DNA from: Lama glama
Taxonomy: Eukaryota
Length of the DNA: 64,000 nucleotides
Reading direction: 5' to 3'
Assembly: GCA_028534125.1 (NCBI GenBank)
Contig: CM052816.1
Coordinates: forward strand, 24,430,001 to 24,494,000
The notes under the pieces: model-generated
What the model saw: the letters and a program-made list of their open reading frames with translations, nothing else
What the model was told of the DNA's origin: nothing
Databases searched by the model: none
Made by a program: the position numbers and the translations under genes
Shown here: one piece after another, positions 39,809-52,148 of the stretch
Numbering within the stretch: position 1 is the first letter of the stretch
Layout: every line of letters starts with the position of its first letter

Positions 39809-40046
39809 CAATTGACCCTTGAACAATGCAGGTGTTAGTGGATGCAGCACTGCCCCTCCCAGTTGAAAGCCTGCCTATAGCTTATGGTCAGCTCTTTGTA
39901 CCTGCACTTTCTCCCTATCCATGGTTCCACAGCGACGTATTGAACCAACCACGGATGCTGTAGTGTCATAGTACTTACTGTTGAGAAAAATCCACATGTG
40001 AAAGTGGACCCATATATTTCAAACCCCTGTTGTTCAAGAGTCAATG
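39809..40046. mobile_element. MER8-like Tigger MITE
   Basis: Terminal inverted repeats caattgacccttgaacaa / ttgttcaagagtcaatg, TA target duplication, ~240 bp. Confidence 0.85.
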
Positions 40047-40067
40047 TATTTCTTACTAGTTCAAAGC

Positions 40068-40422
40068 TGTCTTAGTCCATTTGGGTTGCTATGACAAACT
40101 ACCACAGACTAGGTAGCTTGTAAACAACAGAAATGTATTTCTCACAGTTTTGGAGGCTGGAAACCAGAGATCAGGGTGACAGGATGGTGTAGTGAGGGAG
40201 CTCTTCTTGGCTGCAGACTTCTTGTATCCTCACATAGCCAAAAGGGCTAGGCAGCTCTATGGAGTCTCTTTTACAAGAGCACTTATAAAAGCCCCATTCA
40301 CAAGGGCTCCACCCAAATGACCTAAGTACCTCCCAAAGGCCCACCTTCCTACACCATCACCTTTGGGGGTTAGGATTTCGATATATGAATTTTGGAGGAA
40401 CACAAACATTCAGACCATAGCA
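40068..40422. mobile_element. MLT1A-like MaLR solo LTR
   Basis: tgtcttagtccatttgggttgct ... aaacattcagaccatagca termini, ~355 bp. Confidence 0.9.
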
Positions 40423-40729
40423 AACCCTAAACATTCCCCAGTTTTGGAATTCTCTTCTCTGTAAGGTCAGATACGCTAGATATTCAGTCAGTTCCTTCTC
40501 TGTGCAGAAGTCCCTCCTGGAACTACCCAATGAGGGCCTGTCAGGATAGGTGGCTTCCAGGTCTGCTGAGGGGGTCTTGCTCTGGGATCTCCCTTGACCA
40601 TCCTTCTGGAGAACACTTTCGTCTCTCTACTGTGTTGACTCCTTGGTTTCTCAGAACATATATCTTCTTCTATCTTGGTTTACTCTTGTTAAAGCCACAT
40701 CCACCGTTAGCCTCCTGAGAAACGGTGCA

Positions 40730-43160
40730 TGAATACTTTCTCCTTTTCACTGCTGTATGGTAGTCCACTGTGTGAACATATCACAGTTGTTTTTTCTTTT
40801 TCATTTTATTGTTGACAGGCTTTTGAATTATTTCTAGTTTGGGAATATTACAAACAGCGCTGACATAAAGATTCTAGTGCGTGTCTTGTGGTGACTTTGT
40901 AAGAATTTTTATTGGGTATAACTTAGGAGTGAAATGTCTGGTATAGAAGATACATATGTTCAGATTTAATAGATATTGCCAGAAAGCTTTCCAAAGTTGT
41001 TGTATTAATTTATGGTCCCAACAGGAATGTCTGTGAATCCCAGTTTCCCTACAGTCTTGGCAACCCTTGGTTTTTCTTCCTTATTAATAGTAGCCATTTT
41101 TGTGGGTATGTAATGGTACCTCACTGAGGTTTTAATTAACATTTCCCTCACTACTAATAAAGTTATAAAACTTCTCATATGCTTACTGGCTATTTGGATA
41201 TCTTCTTTTGTGGAGTCATAGTTTAAATCATGTTCCTATTTTTCTATTAGGATTGTCTGTCATTTTCTTACTGATTTATAGAAAATATTATATATTCCAG
41301 ATAAATGTCCTTTATCAGATAGATGTACATATAATGAATATCTTCTCTCTGTGAATTGCTTTCATCATCTCTTAATGGTGTCTTTTGGTGAATAGAAGTT
41401 TTAAATATTAATATAGCCCATAATTTTTTTCTTTAACAATTAATGCATTTTAGGTACTGTTTAAGATATCTTACCCTCTTCCAAGATCAAGAAGATATTC
41501 TCCTATGTTATCCTCTAAAAGCTTTGTTTTACCTCTCATCTGGAATTGCATCTGGAAAAAATTTTCTGTATATATTGAAATGTTTCAGTATGGTGAAATA
41601 CTTCAATACATTGTCTCATGTTGGCTCAACCTTGTATTTCTGGAGAAAACCTTAATTGATGATGAGACATTATCTTTGTTACATATTGCTAAATTCAGTC
41701 TGCAAATATTTTCTTGAGATTTTTATTGTCTTTATGTTAATGATTGGACTTAAATTATGTTTTTCTCTTATACTTTCTTTAGTATCAAGATTATACTAGT
41801 TTATTAACATGTTATGGGAAGGATTTATTATTTTTCTATGTTCTAGAATAAGATTGTAATTACCTGGCATCTGAATTTTTGGTAAAACTTGCTTGTAAAA
41901 TCATTTGGACCAAGTTGTTTGGTTTATTTTGCAGGGAAAGCTTTTAAATTACTGACTCAATTTCTTTTATAGTTATAAGACTATTTGGTTTCTCTATTTT
42001 GTTTTGATCTATTTCATTAAATTGTATTTTATATAAATTTATCTATTTTGTGAAAAATTTTAAATTTATTAGTATAACATTACTTTCAATTTTTCCTTCC
42101 TTAGTAATCTCTCCTACAAATACACTTTTCATTCATAATATTGTCTATGTCTTCTTTATTTTTTTCTTGATCTATTTTGCAGAAGGTAGTCAAATTTTTG
42201 CTATTTTCAAAGAATCCTTTTAATTTAGAAATTCACTATTTTTTAAAACATTGAGATGTGACTTATATGTGCTACAGACAAAGACTGTGGTCTTTTTTGG
42301 ACAGTTTTTGTGCTTTATTTTGTGGCCTGGCACATACCCTAATCTTAAAGTGTTTCATATGCACTCAAGAAGAATGTATCTGATTATATGCCCATTAGAT
42401 CTGGCTTACTAATTGTGTTGTTTAAATCTTTTATTGTCCTGCTGATTTTCTCCTGCGTGAAGTACCATTTACTGAGAGAGATATATTAAAATCTCTTGAA
42501 AATAGATAAACAAGTTTATACTGTATAGCATAGGGAAATGTATTAAATATCTTGTAGTAGCTCATGGGGAAAAAGAGTACTGAAATGAATATATGTACAT
42601 TCATGTATGCCTGAAGAATTGTGCTGTATACCACAAATTGACACAACATTGTAAACTGACTATAAACTCAATAAAAAAAAGAAAGAAAAAGTTAAGGGGC
42701 TTATGAAATGCGAGTGCCATAATATGTAAATATTTGTAAAGTCAAATATACACTAATGGAAAGAAAAAAGATATTGTGTCTACCATGATATATACCCGTT
42801 TAAAAATGAATTCCTACTTTGGCACAAAACATGTCACTCATAGGTTATTGTGTTCAGTAAGTTAATAGTACCTGAAACAAAATAAACATTATTCAAGTTT
42901 GTTGTCAAAAAAAAAAATCTCTTGGATGGTGGATTATTGTGCCATTGCTAATAAATTTTGCTTTCTATATTTGGTGCAATGTTAATAAATACATAAAAGT
43001 TTAGAACTTGCATATCTTCTACTTGTATATCAATTCATTGAGACTTTTGTTAACATGTAGTGATCTTTTTAAACTCTGGTAATGCTTTTTCCCTAAAAGT
43101 CTATCTGATATTATTATAGCCCCCTCAGCTTTAAATATTATTTGTATATTTTTTTCATAT
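40730..43160 (-). mobile_element. Fragmented ancient L1M
   Basis: Reverse-complement L1 ORF2/3' motifs throughout (tagccatttttgtgggtatgtaatggtacctcactgaggttttaatt; aagaagaatgtat...); interrupted at 42499-42917. Confidence 0.8.
42499..42917 (+). mobile_element. Young 5'-truncated L1 carrying a 3' transduction
   Basis: L1 3' UTR 42499-42690 ending in an A-tail, then ~215 bp non-L1, AATAAA 42881-42886 and a second A-tail 42907-42917. TSD aaaatctcttg at 42488-42498 and 42914-42924. Confidence 0.85.
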
Positions 43161-43519
43161 TTGAAATGTATGGAACTTTAAATCATTCTACTAGGGGAAA
43201 AAAGTATTTTTTTCTTTTTGGCTTTTAAGTTTTATCAAGACATAAGTTACATACCATAAAGGTCATCCAATTAAAGTATACAGTGCAATAGTTTTCACAG
43301 AATTGTGCCACCATCACTACAATGAAATTGTGGAACATTTTTATCACTCCAAAAAGACCACCCATTAGCAGTCACTCCACACTCCCCCTATCCTGCAGCC
43401 CCTGGTAACCACTATTCTATTTTCTTTCTCTATAAATTTTACTATTCTAGATATCTCATGTAAGGGGAATTATACAGCATTTGTCCTTTTGTGTCTAGTT
43501 TATTTCACTTTTGTTAAAC

Positions 43520-43648
43520 TTAGTTTTATTTGGGGGAGGGAAGTAATTGGGTTTTTTATTTATTTGTTTTCATGGCGGTACTGGGGATTGAACTCAGGAC
43601 CCTGTGCATACTAAGCACACACCCTACCACTGAGCTATACCCTCCCCC
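43520..43648 (-). mobile_element. tRNA-derived SINE (Vic-1-like)
   Basis: ggtactggggattgaactcaggacc...ctaccactgagctataccctcccc; ttatttcactt direct repeats on both sides. Confidence 0.9.
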
Positions 43649-44084
43649 AAGGCTTATTTCACTTAGCATAATGTTTTCAAGGTTTGTCTATGTTATAGTT
43701 ATAGCATGTATCAATACTTCATTCCTTTTCTTTGGCGAATGCTACTTTTTTGTGTGGATATGCACATTTGTTTATTCATTCATTAATTGATTTGGGATTA
43801 GGTTAGTTCTACTTTTTGGCTATTACGCTGCTATAAACATTCATGTGCAAGTTTTGTGAGTACTTATGCTTTCCACACGTATGTATCTTTTGGGTAGATG
43901 CCTAGGAGTGAAATTGGTGGGTCTTATAGGAAGTCAATGTTTACATTTTAAGGAACTGACAAACTGATTTCTAAACTATTTTCATCATTTTATTGTCCCA
44001 CCAGTAGTGTTGAGGGTTTTGCACTTCTCCACATCTTCAACAACACCTATTACAATCTGTCTTTTTGATGATGGCTATTGGAGG

Positions 44085-44437
44085 GTATAATAGTTTGGGC
44101 TGCCGTAACAAAACACCATGGACTGAATGGCTTAAATAACAGGAAGATTTCTCATAGTTCTAAAGGCTGGGAAGTCCAAGATCAAGGTGGTTCCTGGTGA
44201 GACTCTCCTCCATATCACTGTGTGCTCACATGACCTCTCTGTGTGCTCAAAAAGAGAAAGCTCTGGTCTCTTCCTCTTCTCATGAGGACACTAATCCTAC
44301 AGAATTAGGGCTTTGTCCTTATGCCCTTATTTAATCTTAATTACTTTCATAAAGGCTCTATTTCCAAATTTAGTCACAAAGGGGTTAGAGCTTAAACATA
44401 TAAATTTTGGGAGGATGCAATCATTCAGTCCATAATA
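44085..44437. mobile_element. MLT1 MaLR LTR
   Basis: tttgggctgccgtaacaaaacacc...ggctgggaagtccaagatcaagg...ttcagtccataat. Confidence 0.85.
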
Positions 44438-44759
44438 TAGGAAGTAAAGTAATATCTCATTGTGGATTTCATTTGCACTTCCCCAATACTAATGATGCTG
44501 AGCATCTTTTCATGTGTTTATTAGCCTTTCATGTCCCTTCTTTGGGGAAATGTCTATTCAAATCCTTTGTCCATTTTAAAATGGGATTTTATCTTATTAC
44601 TGAATTGAGTTTTTTATATATTCTAGGTACAATTCCTTTATCAGATTATGGTTTGTAAAAGCATATATTTTCTAAAGTAATAATTTTAATTATAAAGATT
44701 CCCCAAACCATGAAATTCTCCAAGTATCAGAATTATTTTTAAAAAAAGCAAGGAAAACA

Positions 44760-45320
44760 AATTACACCATGAAAGAATTTAAAATTATAAAAAAAAATGA
44801 CAGAAAAAAGACCAAATATGTCAGTCATATCAAAAAATGAAAATGTGCTTACTTACTTTATAGAAATATAAAGACTTTCAGATCAGAGCACAAGGCATGA
44901 ACCCAAGCTCTAAAGTACATAAAAGAAATACACCTAGAACAAAGTGATTCACAGAGGTTGAAAATAAGAGGATGGGCAAAAGTAAATAGGCAAATGCAAA
45001 TAAAAAGAAAGCAGGAGTTGCAATCTTAATATCAGGTAATAGAAATTCATACCAAAAAACCATGAAATGAGACCAACTAGGGCTACTTATAGAACGATAC
45101 AATTTAAATGATGATATAACAGTTGTGGTATATATGCACTTTTTTAAAGCATGGTAGCAGTATTCAAAGAGCAGAAATTACAGGAGATACAAGGGGAAGT
45201 AGAAACACCTACATTAGGAGACTTCAATTTTCATCTGAGTCCAAGGCAGATCAAAGAAATTTTGAAAAGGATGTGAGGATACAGACAACATAAATAACAT
45301 GATAAGGTAGAGGTGGTGAA
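44760..45320 (+). mobile_element. Ancient L1 ORF2 5' (endonuclease) fragment
   Basis: aaagaaagcaggagttgcaatcttaatatcag (KKAGVAILIS) and ggagacttcaat (GDFN) motifs. Confidence 0.75.
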
Positions 45321-45324
45321 TATA

Positions 45325-46029
45325 TTGTATTTCATTGAATGTAAGATGCTGTCACTTGTAAACGTCGTTTTTTAATATAACACTCAGAAAATAAATTCTA
45401 TCAATTCAACCCTGACACAGTGCCCTAATTATGGCCCTGCAAAATGCATGATGTCTCACTACCCTCTGCTTGTTATGAAATTTATTTCATCTATTTTAAG
45501 AGATTTGGCAATTACTCCTAAATAAATTTGCTTTTATTGGTGAATAATTCTCGCATATTTCTCAGGAACAAAATGCCACAGAGATTCGTCTACTCACAAG
45601 TACTGTCCTTTATTGTATTAAGATTCTGTCAAGTCTTTATTTTTTTGGAAGAAAATATGAATTGTAGTAATTCTTTCATAAATAATATTTGCTTTACTAG
45701 TATCAAATTGGCACTTTTTTAAGCTTTTCTGTGCACCCAATAACTTTTAGTTTCAATGCCAAAACATACTGTAATCTTTTCAACCACATTTAAAATGGTA
45801 ATTAAGCCCAGCATGTATGAGGCCAGCAATGTAGACATAACTCAGTTCAAGTGTCAATGATGTAAACAGCTGTGACCACGTCTGTACATGTGCCAGCAGT
45901 AACAACTGCATTATGACTACCATCTGGCCTAAAGTATTGCAAGATGCCAAAATTGAAAGATGAATCTCAAGCAGGGATTTTAAAATGCAAAAGAAAGAAA
46001 TTATGACTAGATTCAATGAAACATGGTAT
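45325..46029. mobile_element. Ancient TcMar-Tigger-type DNA transposon derivative
   Basis: Degenerate terminal inverted repeats tgtatttcattgaatgtaag / ctagattcaatgaaacatgg inserted within L1 ORF2 sequence. Confidence 0.6.
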
Positions 46030-46260
46030 ACTGTATTCCCTTAAAATAGATAATACACTGTCATTTCAAGTGCCCACTGAAAATTGACTATATATTGTGG
46101 TCAGGTCCACAAAAAAACCTGAACAAATTTTGATCAGTAGAAATAATACAGGCCACATTCTGTAATTATAATACAAGAAAACTGTGCGTACTGAAGTTGT
46201 CACAAACTAAAGGCCCTTCTACTGAAATATGTAAAGATAAGAAATCCTCTTGGGCAACTC

Positions 46261-46397
46261 TTGTTTATTTATTTATTTATTTTGGTGGGAGGAGGTAATT
46301 AGGTTCATTTATTTATTTATGTATTTTTAGAGGAAGTACTGGGGATTGAACCCAGGACCTCATGCAGCTAAGTAGGAGCTATATACCCTCCCTCTCC
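46261..46397 (-). mobile_element. tRNA-derived SINE (Vic-1-like, internally deleted)
   Basis: gtactggggattgaacccaggacctcatgc...tataccctccc with a (ttta)n tail; gg(c/t)aactctt direct repeats. Confidence 0.85.
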
Positions 46398-46653
46398 TTA
46401 GGTAACTCTTATCCCTCTTACGATCAAGAGGGATATACTAAAATACTAGGCAACCACAAGAAGTGGAGATGAGACTGGTGCACTCAAAGTTAAAGTATAT
46501 TGAAATTCTTGAATTGTTCAGGAGGAAAATCAAATCATCAGTTTTGACTTTGTCTGATAATATAAGAACATTTAAATTTTAGGGAGTACCAATGAGAAAA
46601 ATAAATTGCATTTATACTTTCCCAACCAGTAGAAGAGAAAGGAGCAATCAGGA

Positions 46654-46960
46654 CCAATGTCAAGAAACTTACCCTGTGTTTTCTTCTAGGAGTTTACAGT
46701 TTCAGATCTTATGTTCTTTAATCCATTTTGAGTTGATTTCTGTGTAAGGTGTAAGAGAAGGGTCCAGTTTTATTCTTCTGCATGTGGCTGCTTAGTTTTT
46801 CCAACACCATATATTGAAGAACCTCTTCTTTACCCATTGTATATTCTTGGCTCCTTTGTTATAAATTAATTTACTATAAATCCATGGGTTTACTTGTAGG
46901 CTTTCTTTTGGTTCCACTGATCGATATGTTTATTTTAATGAGAGTACCATACTGTTTTGA
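46654..46960 (-). mobile_element. L1 ORF2 fragment
   Basis: ttttcttctaggagtttacagtttcagatcttatg...ttttccaacaccatatattgaag. Confidence 0.85.
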
Positions 46961-46974
46961 TCCCAGTCAGACTG

Positions 46975-47114
46975 AGTTAAGTCCCATCCTAATGGCCTCT
47001 TTTTAACTTAATCACATCTTAAAAGCTCTGTCTCCAAATACAGTCCCATTCTAGGGTAGTGGAGGTCAGGGCTTCAACATATGAATTTTGAGGGAACACA
47101 ATTCATCCCATAAC
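46975..47114. mobile_element. MLT1 LTR terminal fragment
   Basis: ctgtctccaaatacagtcccattct...gggcttcaacatatgaattttgagggaacacaattcatcccataaca. Confidence 0.8.
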
Positions 47115-47148
47115 ACAATTTATAATAAAATATTATGTAATTTTTTAG

Positions 47149-47520
47149 ACACAAATGAACTCATTTACAAACAGAAACAGACTCACAGATACAGAAAACA
47201 AACTTATGGTTACTGGGGGGAAGAGGATGGGAAGTGATAAAGTAGGAGTTTGAGATTTGCAGATACTAACTACTATGTATAAAATAGATAAACAACAAGT
47301 TTATACTGTATAGTACAGGGAACTAACTATATTCAATATCTTGTAGTAACCTATAATGAAAAAGAATATGAAAACAAATAAATGTATGTTCATGTATGAC
47401 TGAAACATTATGCTGTACACCAGAAATTGACACATTGTAAACTGACTATACTTCAATAAATAAAAAAACAAAAAATAATAAAATCTGTATCTGAAGCTCA
47501 GAAGAAAAAGAAAAAAAAAG
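47149..47520 (+). mobile_element. 5'-truncated L1 3' end
   Basis: acaaatgaactcatttacaaacagaaacagactcacag...actatacttcaataaa; TSD tat(g/a)taattttttag at 47134-47148 and 47521-47535. Confidence 0.9.
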
Positions 47521-47567
47521 TATATAATTTTTTAGTATATGAGCCATAAGGCATGATGACATTATCA

Positions 47568-47960
47568 CAGTGCTTCTCAAACTTTAGCTGTCCATGTGAA
47601 TGCCCTGGGGATCTTGCCAAAAATGCAGATCCTGGGAGAAGCATATAGCTCAGTAGTAGAGTACATGCTTAGCACGCATGAGGTCCTGTATCCAATCCCC
47701 AGTACCTCCATTAAAAAAATACACACACACACACACACACACACACCCATACACACACACACACACAAATAAATAAATAAATAAATCGAATAACCATTCC
47801 CCCACAAAAAAAAAAAAAAGAAAAAAGGGGGAAAAAAGGACAAAAAATGCAGATCCTGATTCAGTAGTTCTAGAAGGGGCTGAAATTCTCCAATTCCAAC
47901 AAGCTCCCAGGTGAGGCTGAGGCTGCTGGCCCTGGGATCATACCTGGATATGAAGTAGTC
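47568..47960. mobile_element. MER5A hAT MITE split by a SINE
   Basis: cagtgcttctcaaactttagc...aaaatgcagatcctgattcagtag...aacaagctcccaggtgaggctgaggctgctgg. Confidence 0.8.
47635..47842 (+). mobile_element. tRNA-derived SINE (Vic-1-like) with an expanded (CA)n microsatellite
   Basis: atagctcagtagtagagtacatgcttagcacgcatgaggtcctg; (CA)n at 47721-47767; 16-bp TSD aaaaatgcagatcctg. Confidence 0.9.
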
Positions 47961-49514
47961 AGATCCTTGCAAGTACTTGTCATCAATAGGATAGGATTTA
48001 AGAGAACTAAGAAGATATTCCATACAAGAAAAACAGAAAATGAAATAGCAGGGGAACAAACGTGATCCGTATTTGTAGATAAGAGGAAGAAATTTAAATG
48101 ATGGATAACGTGCCAAGACAACATACTGTCTTAATGGAGAAAATAAGGAGGTATTTTATTCTCACAAATGAATAAGTGAATAGTGTTAATGTTCACACCC
48201 ACCAGGGCTGTCAGACAGATTTGCAAAACTCTTTTATGCCATTACATAATTTTAAAGCTACTACAAGTGACATGATAGGATGCCTACCAAGTTCTTAAAA
48301 AAAGGGCAATTATTCAATAAATACCAGTAGCTTCCTTTCCAGTTTATTTATTAAGAGTTTTTTAAGAATTATAATCATACATTATATAGGAAGGAAGCTC
48401 AGGGTTATTTAGCAAATCATTCAAAGACTATGTCTTTCATCCATTTGTGTTGTCTTCTCCACAATACCTTACCCTAAATTACACGGTATTTTTGGTAACT
48501 TCTTGTAAAAGCAGCAACAATGATAATAACAAGCTCTTCATTATTCAAATCTACCAAAGTACCACTGATTTATATTTGCAGTGGGTTTACTCATCATGCA
48601 GAAGGTACGGGCCCTAGCAAAACCTGACACATTCACTAGGGACTTACCACTAAAAACCTCAGGGATTTGGATAGCCAGTGAACTCTGAAAGTTCTTCCCT
48701 TACTAACTGGAAATACAAGAACAACAGCTTCTATTCTTCTTGAACCTGTTTCACCCAAGTCTGGGCGTCTTTTACCCTCCATTCTAAGCACAACACCCCT
48801 GAAGGCACTTTGTTTAAATCCACACCGTCTGCAGGATTTTGTAGTATTTTCTATGGAAGATGGGATCGTATTTTGTATCATAATTTTCATGCCTAATTAC
48901 CCTATTCTGAATGAAGTAACTTCTGGAGACCATCTACTCAGAAGACTAACTGGATGAACACTTCAAAGGAAATACATGAAAAGGGTAATGAATGGGGTAA
49001 GCTCAACAACAGTGAGACAGACAAGAGCGTATCTGGTTAATTTGGAAGGTCTCATCAGATGATCGTTTGCCACAGCACCTGTGTAAAATTATGTAGTGTG
49101 TGTATCAGGCCTATAATTTGCAAAGCTACAGTCTTGCTAACAAATTGGTAAACTCTGGCTTATTTGTCCATGATGAAGCATTTGACCTTGAGACCGAAAT
49201 CTAGATACATTAGTAGCATCAAAAAATTAACTCTTCATAGCCTTAGTAAACTGTGAAAAAAATATTCTTACAGGAAGTTCCTAGATTCACAAGATGCTCT
49301 TTCGATATAAACTAAAGCCAATGTTTTTACCAATGTCTGTCACCATCGTGCTTCCAAACATTAAAGCAAATGGGTCACATTTTAATTATTTGCTACATCT
49401 GAGTTTAAGACCTGTGTACTGTGATGACAAACTGGTGTGATTGTATAGTAAATCTGGAGACTAGGCCACAAAGTATTGTCAACGGTTGTCTCTGGAAGCT
49501 GGGCTTATATGTAT

Positions 49515-49690
49515 TTTTTTTTTTTTTGCAGGGTGGGGAAGGTAATTAGTTTCTTTCATTCATTCATTCATTCATTCATTCATTTACTTATTTATTTATT
49601 TATTTTTAATGGAGGTACTGGAGAGGATTGAACCCAGGACCTCATACATGCTAAGCACACAATCTACCACTGAGCTATACCCTTCTCCCT
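49515..49690 (-). mobile_element. tRNA-derived SINE (Vic-1-like)
   Basis: gattgaacccaggacctcatacatgctaagcacacaatctaccactgagctataccc with (catt)n/(ttta)n and poly-T. Confidence 0.9.
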
Positions 49691-50132
49691 GGGATTCTAT
49701 GTAATCTTTATTTGTTCTTTTTTTTTTTTAATTTTTTTCAGTGAGTATGTCTTACTTTCATAATCAGAAATAAATAAATACAACTTATTTTTAAAAACAT
49801 AATGCATTCCTAGCAGAACGTTGACCAAAGCTGCTTGTTTAAACACTTCTTACTGAATGGAAGTAAATACCACCCTGTAATAAGAAGTGCAGGGAAAATA
49901 ATGCATTGGAAAGATTAAAACCACAACTATGCCCAGCTTTACCTAGTAAAATAAAAGTTTTAGATGTTAGGCAAATAAAACATCTAGCAATAAAAGTCAT
50001 AACAGAATTTTAAAACTTTACTATTAAGTTTAAAACTAATTTCCTTTTTTTTTTTTTAAGATTTTGTGCCATGAGAGCACTTTAAATCCCTGTTTAAAAA
50101 CTTTTCTCAGTTAGAACATCTTGTAGGTAAGG

Positions 50133-50476
50133 TCTATAAACTGAATATTGTGTCACCTTCCTGCCAAATTGATATAAGTGTGAATTAACCAATGTGAGGG
50201 CATTTGGAGGGGTGCCTTTGTGGGGTGCCTAGGCCATGAGGGTGAAGCCCTCATGAATGGCATTAATTCCCTTAAAAAAGAGACCGCAGAGAGCTCCCTC
50301 CCCTTTCCTCAGTGTGAGGACACACTGAAAAGACGTTTGACACAAACAAGACACGAAATCTGCCTGCGCCTTGATCTTGGACTTCTCAGCCTCCAGAACT
50401 GTGGGAAATAAATTTTTCATGTTTCTAAGCCACCCATGGTATTCTGTTATCACAGCCTGAACAGACTGAGACAGCA
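50133..50476. mobile_element. MLT1A-like MaLR LTR
   Basis: ggccatgagggtgaagccctcatgaatggcatt...ttggacttctcagcctccagaactgtgggaaataaatt...cagcctgaacagactgagaca. Confidence 0.88.
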
Positions 50477-50663
50477 AGGGTTAAGTCCTTCTCTTTAGAT
50501 GGTCTCTCAGGAATCCTTTCTGTGGTAGTTGTAATGTGGGTTGTGGCGACAGCCAATTGCCTGAGACCACTGGGTCTCCATGGGTCTCAGAGTCAAGTGG
50601 GTCCACTCTCTTCCTACCTTTCCCACATGGGCACACTTCCCTACATACACACATGATATCTAG

Positions 50664-50995
50664 CAGGAGTTCTCAAAGAGGGGTCCTGGGATAACTGAGG
50701 GTCCCAAAGGCCTTTTGGGGAGGGTCTGTGAGGTTGAATCTATCTGCCTAATAATAAGACATTATTCATCTTTTTCATTCTCATTCTTACCCTAGTGTAC
50801 ATGGTGTTTTCTGAAGACTATGTGTTAAGTGATAACAGCATCAGAGTAAAAGCAGAAGAAGCTATGAGACTCCAGCTGCCTTCAATTAATCAAGACATTA
50901 AAGAAATGTACAAATTTGGTCACTCTCCTCATATTTAAGAAAAACAGTTATTTTTCTTAAAAAACATGTTAACATGTGAGTTTATTATTATTCAT
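50664..50995. mobile_element. hAT-Charlie DNA transposon fragment
   Basis: caggagttctcaaagaggggtcc...ataataagacattatt...agacattaaagaaatgtacaaa. Confidence 0.6.
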
Positions 50996-51318
50996 TTTGG
51001 TTTGAATGTGTAATTTTGCTCAAATTAATTAATAAATTAATTCAGTGGGACAAGTTTATAAGCCAATACATGAGACTCTGCCACCAACTAAAAAGTATAT
51101 GGTAAGGCTTCACTTTGACAAGTACTAGGAAACACTGTCTTTTGTCTTGTTTTTCACAGCTACGATCATTAGCCTAGACTATCATCTATGTAATGCTTGT
51201 GTGCAGGAAATGACAATGGTAGAATGTCAGGTTATAGCCTAATACAGCCAGCGGTGTGTGAACAATTAAAGACCTGATGATCCACCAATTATATCAAGCC
51301 AGAAGAGAATTATCATTT

Positions 51319-51650
51319 GGGGGAGGGATAAATTGGGGGTTTGGGATTAGCAGATACAAACTAGTATATATAAAGTAAACAACGAGGTCCTAATGTATAG
51401 CACAGGGAACTATATTCAATATCTTGTAATAACCTATAATGAAATATAATATATATATGTATATATACGACTATGCTGTACACCAGAAACTAACACAACA
51501 TTGTAAATCAGCTAAACTTCGATTAAAAAAAGAGACAACTATGAAAAGGGGTATTTGTCTGTACATGTATGACAAACATTATGCTGTACACCAGAAACTA
51601 ACACAACATTGTAATTTGACTATACTTCAATAAACAAAACAAAATAAAAA
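51319..51650 (+). mobile_element. Two tandem L1 3' ends within one TSD pair
   Basis: L1 3' UTR ending ~51531, then a second copy of the terminal ~90 bp; TSD aagagaattatcattt at 51303-51318 and 51649-51664. Confidence 0.85.
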
Positions 51651-52045
51651 GAGAATTATCATTTTTTAATGATACAATTCAGGGAGAAGACATAGTTAAT
51701 ACGTGTACTTAGATATATGAAATTTTGTCATTTTCATTATGGAAATTTTAAAATATAACAACACTAGAAAGTGTAGCATATTAAACCCCAGGTGTCCATC
51801 CCCAGCTTCAACAATTACTAATATTTTACCATTTTTTTATCTACCCCATTGCCTTTCTGCCCCCCTTTTTAGTTGCAGTATTTAAAACAAATCCCAGATG
51901 TTATTTCACTCACAAATAATTCAATATGAATTGGTGAAAGACTTTTAAATTATAACTACTAAAATGGTAAATAATTTCTTGATATAATCTAATATGCAGT
52001 CCATGTACCACTTTCCCTGATCATCTCAAAACTATTCATTTAGCA

Positions 52046-52148
52046 GGGGAGGGTAATAGCTCAGTGGTAGAGGGCATGCTTAGCATGCGTAAGATCCTGG
52101 GTTCAGTCCCCAGTATCTCCATTTTAAAACCAAACCAAACAAAAAAAC
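52046..52148 (+). mobile_element. tRNA-derived SINE (Vic-1-like)
   Basis: ggggagggtaatagctcagtggtagagggcatgcttagcatgcgtaagatcctgggttcagtccccagtatctcc; tattcattt direct repeats. Confidence 0.9.

Larger units (their letters stand above)
43225..44660 (-). mobile_element. L1MB-like 3' end with nested SINE and MLT1 LTR
   Basis: Canonical L1MB 3' UTR/ORF2-end motifs in reverse complement (ggaaatgtctattcaaatcctttgtccatttt). Confidence 0.85.

Noticed and set aside
3222..52148. tRNA-like sequences with A and B boxes
   Set aside because: They carry SINE tails, TSDs and divergence, with no intact cloverleaf. They are SINEs, not tRNA genes.
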